Source of the DNA: Antedon mediterranea
Lineage: Eukaryota > Animalia > Echinodermata
Direction of reading: 5' to 3'
Assembly (NCBI RefSeq): GCF_964355755.1
Contig: NC_092670.1
Span: 2,222,201 to 2,286,200 of the forward strand
DNA length: 64,000 nucleotides
Positions within the stretch are counted from its first letter, which is position 1; each line of letters opens with the position of its first letter. Shown here piece by piece: positions 27,871-39,600 of the stretch. Made by a program: the position numbers and the translations under genes. The notes under the pieces are model-generated. The model did not search any database. It saw only the letters and a program-made list of their open reading frames with translations, and was not told where the DNA came from.

Positions 27871-28450
27871 AAATGTATAGTATATACAGAAAGCATACAG
27901 AATGTATAGTATATACAGAAAGCATACAAAATGTATAGTATATACAGAAAGCATACAAAATGTATAGTATATACAGAAAGCATACAAAATGTATAGTATA
28001 TACAGAAAGCATATAAAATGTATAGTATATACAGAAAGCATACAAAATGTATAGTATATACAGAAAGCATACAGAATGTATAGTATATACAGAAAGCATA
28101 CAGAATGTATAGTATATACAGAAAGCATACAAAATGTATAGTATATACAGAAAGCATACAAAATGTATAGTATATACAGAAAGCATACAGAATGTATAGT
28201 ATATACAGAAAGCATACAAAATGTACAGTATATACAGAAAGCATACAAAATGTATAGTATATACAGAAAGCATACAAAATGTATAGTATATACAGAAAGC
28301 ATACAAAATGTATAGTATATACAGAAAGCATACAAAATGTATAGTATATACAGAAAGCATACAAAATGTATAGTATATACAGAAAGCATATAAAATGTAC
28401 AGTATATACAGAAAGCATACAAAATGTATAGTATATACAGAAAGCATACA
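27869..28450. repeat. 29-bp minisatellite, about 20 copies
   Basis: Unit aaaatgtatagtatatacagaaagcatac (tgtatag at 27903, 27932, 27961); single copy at about 12105-12133 in the paralog. Confidence 0.97.
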
Positions 28451-29004
28451 GAAATTACATTATTTACACTATTATTATTACATTGATTATCAGTTCAAAT
28501 TGATGGAATAAATATAGAGCTGGTGTGCCCTGAAACTGGTCAAATCTCAATTCATTGAGTACACTGAGATTCATTACAAATGGTAGTGCATTTTTTTTAA
28601 AACTTTCTGTATTCCACCTAAATTCAGTTCTTCATAGTTATTTACACATCATATTTTACATATTATGCGACTTTAACAAAAATTATTATTTCAGGTGGAC
28701 AAATATATCTTTAAAATTCACATAGACTAGCATGATAATTCTTCATTCATTATGAATAAAAAGTAAATAAATAAATGAGTTTTACAGTGTATATGCTTCA
28801 TTTGTAATATTAGAAACATGGCACACATGATAATATTTGAAGAAGAGCTATAAGATCTAACTTGGGTCATTGAGGTGGGACCCCCTACAATTAACACATT
28901 CAGATTTAGGCATAGTGGGTACTAGCAACCTACGGACCCTAACACAAGCCTAACAAAGTAAAGTCCTATTTCTATCCTAGTGTAACATTAGGATAACGTT
29001 TCTC

Positions 29005-29990
29005 AACATATCGGTTTCTATTCTAGTCTTTTTCTAGCCTAGAATAACGGTTTGAAACGTATCTCTTATTTTCTATTTTAGGGAACACCCTAGAATAACG
29101 GCTTGAAACGCATCTCTTAATTTTTATTTTAGGGAACACCCTAGAATAACGGCTTGAAACGCATCTCTTAATTTTTATTTTAGGGAACACCATAACATAT
29201 CGATTTTCAACGAATCACTGATAGCAAAGCCTGTACTAATTCATGTATTTCACTAGCGTGATAACAGAGTACGACACTTAATAGCGTTGGTATCTTTGTT
29301 TCTTAGTAGTTCCGTTGGGGAATTCTAAGAACGTATCAGTTTCTATTCTAGTCAGTCTTTTTCTAACCTAGAATAACGGTTTGAAACGTATCTCTTAATT
29401 TCTATTATAGGGAACACCCTAAAATATCGATTTTCAACGAATCCTTGATAGCAAAGCCTGTACTAATTCACATATTTCACTAACGTGATAACAGAGTACG
29501 CCACTTAGCTTGGTTATCTTTGTTTCTTAGTAGTTCCGCTGGGGAATTCTAGGAAAGTATCGGTTTCTATTCTAGTCAGTCTTTTTCTAGCCCAGAATAA
29601 CGGCTTGAAACGTATCTCTTAATTTCTATTTTAGGGAACACCCTCAAATATCGATTTTCAACGAATCACTGATAGCAAAGCCTGTACTTATTCACGTATT
29701 TCACTAGCGTGATACAGACTACGACACTTAGCTTTACTATCTTTGTTTTCTTAGTAGTTCCGCTGATGAATTCTAAGAACGTATTGGTTTCTATTCTAGT
29801 TAGTCTTCTTCTAGCCTAGAATAACAGCTTGAAACGCATCTCTTAATTTTTATTTTAGGGAACACCCTAAAATATCGATTTTCAACGAATCACTGATAGC
29901 AAAGCCTATACTAATTCACATATTTCACTAGCGTGATAACAGAGTACGACACTTAGCTACATTATCTTATTTTTTTTCCACTCAGGAATT
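29005..29990. repeat. About 227-bp tandem repeat, 4 copies with an internal sub-duplication
   Basis: Same unit as 12601-13040; units start near 29005, 29329, 29554, 29778. Confidence 0.9.
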
Positions 29991-30178
29991 CTTCAGTTCG
30001 TTTCTTGTTGACGTACACACAACAGTGTTAAAAGAAATGATGACAATCTGAGGTAGGTGTATCTCATTAGAGTGCAATGTTGAATGAACTATACCCTAAC
30101 AGTGTTGCTATGGTTATTTATGGTAAAATTCTTGTAATATTTTCCGCTCTTCGGGGAGAGAGGGGCTATCCAGGTAAG

Positions 30179-30371
30179 CAGTGGCATAATGCAGAGGGCT
30201 GAGGCCCCTGGTTTAAGAAACCTAAGTGGTCCTCGGCCAAGTTCCAATGCTGGAGGCCTTGGACGTTTTAAGCCTTTTTGGCATATTTTAATGCCCATTT
30301 TTCCTCTGGGCCCCATAAGCTCCAGTGACCCTGGGTTTACCCAGTGAGCGCTCATAGCCATTACGCCACTG
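30179..30371. mobile_element. hAT-type MITE
   Basis: TIR cagtggcataatg ... cattacgccactg with perfect 8-bp TSD caggtaag (30171-30178, 30372-30379). Confidence 0.9.
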
Positions 30372-30419
30372 CAGGTAAGTTGCACTCATAGACTACCAAC
30401 ACCACAGTTGATTTGTGTC

Positions 30420-30645
30420 TAACATGGGTCATTGATGGAATGGAAATAAATTATATAAACTCGTCAATGCATTAACTTCATTAATCATTTTCTTTTCATC
30501 AAGTTTCTTAAATTCTGAATTCTTGAATTCAGTAATCTTGTCTCCTACTCTTGAACTTGAGCTCACTGATTGCCATTTTGTTTAGATTTCCTTGGGCATG
30601 TTCGTTACACCATTCAGACACTGTTAACAATCCATGTTGATAATT
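30420..30645 (-). pseudogene. Decayed terminal tandem-DED exon (paralog of 13230-13792)
   Basis: Retains the acceptor (tgtag|aattatca) and both ends of the exon, but has a large internal deletion and frameshifts; spliced in phase 1 it reads KLSTWIVNSV then TGA (30616-30614). Confidence 0.85.
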
Positions 30646-33600
30646 CTACAAGAAAGTAAATACAAATTGCTATGTTTTTGGTTTTATATATATAAATTTA
30701 TATAAATTTGAAATATATAATAAATAGAAAAAAGTTTTTATTAAAACACCATAACAATAATTCAATTTTTTAATTCAATAATTTAATTTCGCAATGATAT
30801 TCATTGCTGGCCTAGGTACTTTCACTTGTGCGCTCGCATCGTGCGGTTTATAGCGTAAGCCTGCCTGGAGGAGGCGTAGAATCTAAGACCACAGCGGTGA
30901 TAGTCTCAGGCTTAGAATTAAACGCAACTGATTTGCAATAAGTTTATTGTTGTTATTAAATTTGTTTTTGGCGTTCTCTTCCTGTTTTGTAATTGTTTAC
31001 CTTTTGTATTGTTACATATTTTTATATATCTGTAAAACGAGCAATGAATTTCCGAAAGGATTAGTAAAAGATAATTTGAATTTGAATTTTTATTAAGCCA
31101 GTGGTTTCATCTTGGGCTTAAGTCTAGGCTTACGACCTTTATTACAATCTGCCTCTCGTATTTTCACCCATGAGTTAGATGTATATATACCATACTGTAA
31201 ATAGAAAATTCCTCAATACAATCAAATGAGAACTGTAACTCACAATTAATAAATATTAATGTGAACTAGGAATTACAATTCTGCAATAATAGGACCCCCA
31301 ACTCTATTGAAATAAAACATACTTTCTGCATTGCTTGGTCCAGCTTCACTTCTTGATCGTTTACCTAAAAAGAAAGTATTTTAGGACAGTAATTACAATA
31401 TCCATGTTGATGAATACTATTACTATATAACATTTTATTTAAACTTCCAAGACACATTTTGAATTAATCAACAACATAACATATTAAGATTTAACTTGTT
31501 ATTTTGTGTTACTTTTTGGTAACTTTATAGAACCAAACTACAATACAAGTTGCAAAATGACATTGAAATCATTCACTAAAGTACCACGTCAGAACATAAG
31601 TCAAACTGCACCCGATTAAACTTTAGTTATATAGCAGTTTAATAAGTTAAATTTGACTACTATACAGTAATATTTATTTAGGTAGCCATGCTTTAAAATA
31701 AAAAATAACAATGACAGAAAATTTGTTCAAATAGAATCATCATGGCACTAAAGAAAAGAAAAAAAAAGACAAAAAGACCTTTTGGAGAACTTGATGGTTC
31801 AGCTTTTCTTTTTGATCGTTTACCTGTAAAGAAAGTAGTTTTAAACAGTAGTTCTCAAATTAATATAATTAGGTTATATGCATTCATGCATATAACCTCT
31901 TGATTCTGTCAGAATCTTTATTTATTTCTTTATTTATTTATTTATTTATTTATTTATTCTTTCCTTAGCACTATTTGTCCGTCAATTATCTTGATATCAG
32001 TTTCATCTAACTAAGTCAATTTTTCAGAGTATATTCCTTATGGCCAGGAATCGATGTGGTTATGTTTTCACGGTGCGCAATCAAACATTACGCGGTCTAC
32101 GCGCGATTTAACGAAATCACGTTTATAATCATATCTTCACAAGCATGAATCACTTTTAAACAAAATTTGGTACTCATAAATTTCAGGTCATATTTCATCA
32201 TATGGCAATACAATTACGTGCGTAGCGCATATAACGCATGCATACGCCCGCTTAAATTTATTTTCGATGAAATTAGAGTACGTTTCTGGCAATTTTAAGC
32301 GTTTAAAAAATTGCCATAAGTGCGCAGATTTTTGCACGCGCACTGCGCGTCAAACGTTATTGCGCACTGTTTTTGTCCGATTACTGTTGTATAACCTTTC
32401 TTTAACAATATCATCATATTGTATTAACTTTTCAACGCGAAACAGCGTTATACGAGCACGTCAAAAGTGACAGGCTACGCACGTGTAAGTTAACAAAATG
32501 GTGAAAATATGCTAAATTTTAAAATTAATATATATCGTTAGAATGCTCGGGAACACCGATTTTTTTATTTCATTTTCTTGAAATGTATGTATCAATGTAT
32601 GATTTATTATGAAATTAAGAGAACAAAAGTTGATTAAGTCATCATTAATGGCATATTAAATTTACAAAAATTAATTTCGACAATCAAACAAATTATAACA
32701 TTTTCTTAGGCCAAAATAACAAACTTAACATTAACTTTCTTCCTTAAGAAGTTCATATATTAAAGTTAAAAGTATATAGTTTGTCAGTGCATCATTTTTA
32801 AAAATCTTTAAAGATATCATCATAGTAAAACATTATAATTCATTGCGGTATGTAATAATCTATCTGCACCAAAGTGGTTACTGCATAGTAAATACACGGA
32901 GGAATATTTCCATAATTTTTAGTCAGTTGTTTATGGCTCGGTGGTCTTTACTCGTGTCTATTGCATTCAAGGTACCGAGTTCGAGTCTCACCTTGGGAAA
33001 CGAAACGAAATAAGATTTTTTTTATTACCCGTATTGTTTGTTCAATTGTATTTCTTAGTGTATAGATTATACAGATGATTTATAATGAAATTTATTTAAA
33101 AACACAAATGTGGTTTATGACATTATATACGCAGAAGGATCTTTGATCGGATTATGATACCGGCTATTGTATTTGCGTTAGCAAGATCCTATCATATATT
33201 ATAAATAACTAAAGATTCTGAGAAAATCAATCAATCAAAATATCTTAAATCAATCAATTATCTTTATTTAAATCAATGCATATAACCTATAATTCGTCAT
33301 AGTGACGAATTAAATCTAGTTAAAAATTGTTTTTTCCTATAGACCTATCTCAAGTGTGATATACTGTAAAACTTTTTTTTTTCTTCTTTCTAATCTGTAG
33401 AAATACTATATTTATTTTTCTGATGTACATGATCCCAAAGATGTTTGTGCACTATAATTATTGATCAGTTAAGAAGCAAATGTCATAAAATATTAAAGAC
33501 ATTTTTTCTTTAATTTTGGACGTTTTGTTAGAATAATGCGTAATGTATTACTTCAAAAATATTAAACCAGATCATTTCTTGTCTTAAATGTATGTGATTC

Positions 33601-36600
33601 GGTTAATTATGATGAAAAGAAAAAAAACAATGCACTTAAGCTATTTGTAGCTAGGGGGAACAGACGATCGGGACCACGGACGATTGGGCCCAAGACAATT
33701 GTGCCCACATTTTGCGGTCCCGAACGTCTTATGTGTTGGGCCCGATCGTCTTACTAGTTGGTCCCGATCGTCCAGTATTTTCAGAACCACGTTAGGCCCG
33801 ATCGTCTTACCAGTTGGTCCCGATCGTCTTAGCGTTTGGCCCGATAGTCTTTTGTGTTATACAAAATAATGTGCCACATTTCACTCCTAGTACTTAGTGT
33901 CAACGTGCTTTTCTTGCGTAAATTAGATTTTAATTAAAAAGGTTAATTAGATTTTTCTGATTTTATCATAATTTTCCCCTAATTAACACTACTGGTTTTA
34001 AGAATTTCTTAGCAAACATTTATGATAAATGTGATTGATTGTGACAATATTATTGTGTTGTATGTAGGCCTAGGCTAGGCCTATTCCCGTATTTAATTTT
34101 TGCTCTATGCAGTGTGATATAACTTGACTTCTCTCTCGCGACAAAATTAATAGAACATGTGTGAAACCTAATTTGATAATGTACATATTTTCATATTTTT
34201 CTGACTTTAAATCAAATAATTATTTTTTTTTAATTTTTGAGAATGTTTTGGGCCTGATTGTCTTATTCATTGGGCCCGATCGTCTGGGCCCGATCGTCTC
34301 TGGTCCCGATCGTCTTTCACCCTTGATGGGCCCGATCGTCTTTCACCCTTGATGGGGCCGATCGTTTCACGATTTGGGCCCGATCGTCTTGAAGTGGGCC
34401 TGATCGTCTGGGCCCAATCGTCTGATAACAGTAGCTAGCGTCAAGTGCCCTCTCTTGGGCTAGTCTATTTAGGCATGGTTTTGTAGGCCTAGCTGGTAAA
34501 CAGCGGTAAAATATGAACATTGTACGCTAGCTATAAGCCTATGCTGGGGTGTCACGAAACCTAAGACCACGAAAGCTAAGAAACCTAAGACCACGAAAGC
34601 TAAGACCCCCTAAGACCTAAGATCACGAAAGCTAAGACCCAAGACCTAAGATTGCAAATTCTAAGATATACTACAGCTTAAAAACAATACTTGTTTATCC
34701 ATACATAATTTTAAAAATAGTAGATTTCATTTATTACCATAAATATAATTTAATACTACCGCAAAACATAGATAAACTCACATTATTTTCGCCCGTTGAG
34801 TAAATGTATATTTTTCCTTTACAACAAACAAACTTGACGGGTTGTTTGTTGGTATATATTGAGTGTTGACAAAGTGCGAGGGAGCGAGGCATGCGTGGCA
34901 TGCCAAATATTTGTGCGAGGCATCATTTTATCATTTCCAAAAGTGCGAGGCATGCGAGGCATATAGTTTACAATTTCAAAAAGGTGCGAGGCATAGCTTA
35001 ACGTGCTATTATGCTATATTATAGGCCTAATAATCAATCGATACAAGCGTATCTAAATAGATTCGTGTATACACTCATCATGTTGTTTATTTTATGTAAC
35101 GATTGTTTTTTCATTCAAGATATATCGTGTCAAATTTTACTTTTACAAAAGTGCCCAAACTACGGTTCAAAAATCTGAACGACAGTCTTCAACTTTCGAT
35201 AAACAATAATTGTTATAGCGACACACTCATCAAATGACTGCAATGTTTGTTGGCATTTCGAGCGTGTTCACTCACATGTCTCTCGAACATAGCAGAGTGA
35301 AAATAATATTTTGTCACACCCCTGCGCCTAGATCCGGTAGACCCGAGAGATGGAAAATCCCTCTTTACTATTTAGCAGGTAGCGGAATGATTCAGCCCTC
35401 AGCTCAGAGGATTGTGGTGCATTCCCCTCCTATAGCACGTGGTTTCAGCAGCAACGCACAGACTTCTCTCTGAGCGGCGTGCCAAAGACATTTTTTACAT
35501 TCCATTCTCTAGGAACAACACGTGTACCTCTCTCGCAAATAAGGTGAACAGCGATTGCCAGGACAAGTTCAATAACTGGCGGTGAATAAAAGGTAACTGA
35601 TATGCCAATCCAATAATATGCCGCAAAGAAAAAAATTGCGACAGAATTCTGGAGCGCGTGTGAAAAAAGACTTACGTCCGACAATTGTAATACTAGGCCT
35701 AAAATTAAACTTTAGCTAATATGCTTAGCCCTAACCTAGATAAGAGGCCTATGTAGAAAATAATTTAATCAATTTTGATATAATAATAATTGGTGTAATA
35801 TTTAATAATGATACACTATTCCTGTTTTAGTAAGCTAGGTATATTACGAACGATTTTTATTTATTATTGTCCATGTACGTACTAATAAACCTGGCGCTAG
35901 TTTCCTTCGCTTGTATTTTTACTCCAAATTTGATAACTAACTTTATCGTGTGAATACCACACCTTAGAAGTATACCTCATGAGTACTTTAATGAAAGAAT
36001 CACATAAAAAGTAACAAATAAATCCTTAAATTAATGATTTTACAGGCGTGTTTCTCGCACACTGTTCGCGAATTTCACTTATTCAATGTTCAATATTTTT
36101 GTTTCTATGGAGCGCCAAAAGAGCAACGATAATAGAGGACTAAAACTCAGTGGAATGCGTCAATTTCTCATGCATTTATTGGTGAAAAACATGTTTCATT
36201 TCAATATATTTGTTAATTTGTCAATAAAAATGTTGTAATATGTTACTGCTGATACTGTTCTGTTTTCAAAGAATAATAATCGATCCTAAATCAACATCAC
36301 TACCTAGTCTAGACCTAGGACATCCTACTAAGGATATTATGATGAATTTTTCTATTTTATTCTTTAAAAGGTTAACGAAACCGTGTACATTATCAACAGT
36401 AACATTTTTCCTTACTGACAGTGACAAAATCTATTGAAATTGTACTTGATTTTCACCAAATAATGCGTTAAATATAAATGGATTCCACAGAGTTTTTAGC
36501 CCTCTAATTAATTTTGCTCTTTTGGCGTTCCATAGAAACCAAAATATTGAACATTGAGTGTGCGAAATGCGAGAAAAACAACGTCTGTAAAATCACCAAT

Positions 36601-39600
36601 TTAATGGATTTATTGTTACTTTTATGTGATTTTTCTTCATTAAAGTAGGCCTACTAATTCTAAGCTGTGGTATTCAGGATAAAGTTGGTTAAAATACAAG
36701 GCAGGTGCAAAGGGAAACTAGCCTAGCTGGCCTAGGCCTAGGCTACTTCAATTTCGGTGATTTCCTGCCTTGCAATTTTGAGAAATGATAAAATGATGCC
36801 TCGCATTTTTTGATGATGGTAAAACGATGCCTCGCATAAATTTCTGACTTGCCTCGCATGCCTTCCCTGCCTCGTGTGCCTCGCACTTTGTTACTACCCG
36901 TATATATTTACTCCATTGTGTTGATTCAGAGGATGTTTTTCTTTCGCACCTGCCTTTCTTGTATTTTGACTCCAAATTTGTTAACTGACTTTATTCTGAA
37001 TATCACACTTTAAAATTAGGACTTATATAAGTACTTTCAGAAGGAGAAACACATAAAAACAAATAAATAAATCCTTTAAATTGATGTTTTTACAGACGTG
37101 TTTCTTTGTATACTGTAACTCCTCATGCTCAATGTTTTTGTTTCTATGAAGCGCCAAAAGAGCAACAATAATAGTACAAGTATAAAAACAGAGAGAAAAC
37201 GAAACAAAAAAACAGTGCTAATCCTAATGTGTGATATTCAGAATAAATGTTGGGAGTTATTACAAGGCAGGTGCGAAAGATGAATATTTGTAATCTTAGG
37301 TCTTGGGTCTTAGCTTTCGTGATCTTAGGTATTAGTTTAGTTTAGTTTAGTTATAATGAGAAAGTTTAGGCGAATGCCTTTTTAACCACATATCAACTAC
37401 ATTGTGTCGATGCGATTCTTGAAGGTGTTAGTGGTCTCAGAATTAACAACGTCAGCTGGTAAACTGTTCCAATGGTTTATTACTCGTTGCGAGAAGGTAT
37501 GTCTTCTACAGTTCAATCCTTTATGGAAAATAGGCTTGAAAAATCTCAGGTCATGTCCTCGAGTAATTCGGCTAATGTTACTTCTCATTTGGAAAAAGTC
37601 ATCCTTGGCTACACCCTCGAAATCTTTAACAATTGTATATGCTTCAATCAGGTCACCTCGAATTCTTCTGTCGTACAAGGTTGTTAGGCCAAGAAGCTTT
37701 AGTCGATCTTCATATGAATATGAACGGATACATGGAACTAATTTAGTCGCACGACGTTGTACTCTTTCAATTACATTTATGTCCTTTTGAAGATACGGAT
37801 TCCATACTTGAACACAAAATTCGAGATGTGGGCGTACATAATGCTTGTAGATGACGTTAAAACAATCCTTATCCATATATACGAAAGTCCTTCTGATGCT
37901 TCTTAAACAGTTCATGGCCCGCTGAGATACTTTGGCGCAGTGTTGGCTTGGTTTACAGTCATTAGTAATTAGTACTCCTAGGTCCTTTATTTTCTCAACT
38001 GTTTCCAGTTCAACTTCATCTATTTGGTATTTAAAATGAACATTTGAATGTCCGAAGTGCATCACCTTACATTTGCTTTTATTAAAAGCTAACATCCATT
38101 CTTTACTCCACTGCAGTGCATTGTTTAAAGATTCTTGTAATAATTGTCCATCATTTCTGTTGTTAACTACTGAGTAGATCTTTGTATCATCAGCAAATAG
38201 CTTTATATGACTAGACACATACTTTGGTAGGTCATTTATATATAATGCAAACAATGTAGGGCCCAACACAGAGCCTTGTGGAACTCCTCTAATTACATCA
38301 GCCTAACTGGAAGAAGCATGACGCACTTTGACTCTTTGTTGTCTGTTATCAAGAAAATCTTTGATCCATAATAACAATTGACCTTTGATTCCATAGCTCT
38401 CCAATTTCATGAGTAATCTCCTATGAGGAACGCTGTCGAAGGCTTTACTATAGTCCAAAAATATGACATCAACATTATTGTTGTCATCCAAAGCCTTAGT
38501 AACATCTTCCATAAATTCTAAAAGATTTGTCAGACATGATTTCTTCTCAACAAAACCATGTTGCTCTGTTGTTAGTATTGCATTGTTCTTAACATGTCGT
38601 AGTATGTTGTTGCGAATAATATGTTCAAAGATCTTGCAAATAATACACGTTAGGCTTATCGGTCGATAATTGGACGCTTGTGATTTGCTGCCTTTCTTAA
38701 AGATCGGAGAGACATCAGCTCGTTTCCATATTTTTGGTAGTTTACCTTCCTCTGTAGACTTCTTGAATAAAAGATACAAGGGTTCTGATAACTCATCAGC
38801 ACACTTATTAAGTAGAGATGGATGGATGTTGTCTGGACCAGGACTTTTATCGATTTTCAAACCTCGGAGTTGTTTAAAAACATCTTCTTGGGAGAACTCA
38901 ATATTTTCAACTGATTTGTCACAAGTATCATAATTAAAATTGGTTATGTCTTCGTCAGGATCTTCTTTGGTGAAAATGTTTGGAAGCATTTGTTGAGTTC
39001 CTCACTAATTTCGTAGTCAGTTTCCAAGGTTAACCCATCATTATTTACTAATTTTGTTATTCCAGTCTTTACTTTCTGTTTCGATCTAACATACTTATGA
39101 AAGTTCTTTGGTTTGTTTTTGAATTCCATCAAGATTTTTTTTCGAAAGTAGCTTGAGCGTTCCTTACAGCTTGCCTAGTACGATTGTTCTGTTTCTTGTA
39201 AGCCATATGATCTCTCTCATTCTGTGTTTCTCTGAAGCTTTTGTACAGTTGATATTTCTTTTTTACTGATTTTTTAACAGCTGATGTCATCCATCAGCTG
39301 TTAAAGGGGGTCTTAGGGGGTCTTAGGTTTCATGACACCCGCCTATGCTGGCCTTGTCTCTTTGCTGAATTAATTGTCTTTCTTTTTTTGGAAGAATCCG
39401 TTTGGAAATTGGGGAAAACCCTGTATTTTCGCTGAAAAGCTACGGTTTTTTGGTGCACCAAAGAACGAAAATGTCAATCCGTGCACGATGAATGCTAGTA
39501 TTTATAGCACGCTGCTTAAATTATTAGAATCGACTTGTATTTCACATTTTTACCATTTAAAGGTGAAAATATTGTCGCAATAGGCCTATAGTATTTATTT

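Larger units (their letters stand above)
25200..30680. repeat. Segmental duplication copy B (paralogous to 10850-13830), expanded by insertions
   Basis: Collinear with copy A but interrupted by a HINE, a 29-bp minisatellite, extra 227-bp units and an hAT MITE. Confidence 0.93.
34547..39340. mobile_element. Non-autonomous Mutator-like element carrying nested insertions
   Basis: TIR gggtgtca(c/t)gaaacctaagacc at both ends, subterminal ctaagacc/cacgaaagctaag repeats, perfect 10-bp TSD gcctatgctg (34537-34546, 39341-39350). Confidence 0.88.

Noticed and set aside
27791-28447. Three overlapping 188-218 aa hydrophobic ORFs
   Set aside because: Translation artefacts of the stop-free strand of the 29-bp minisatellite (29-aa periodicity in all three frames).
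30089-30385. 98-aa GC-rich ORF
   Set aside because: Coincides with the non-coding hAT MITE; no protein motifs.
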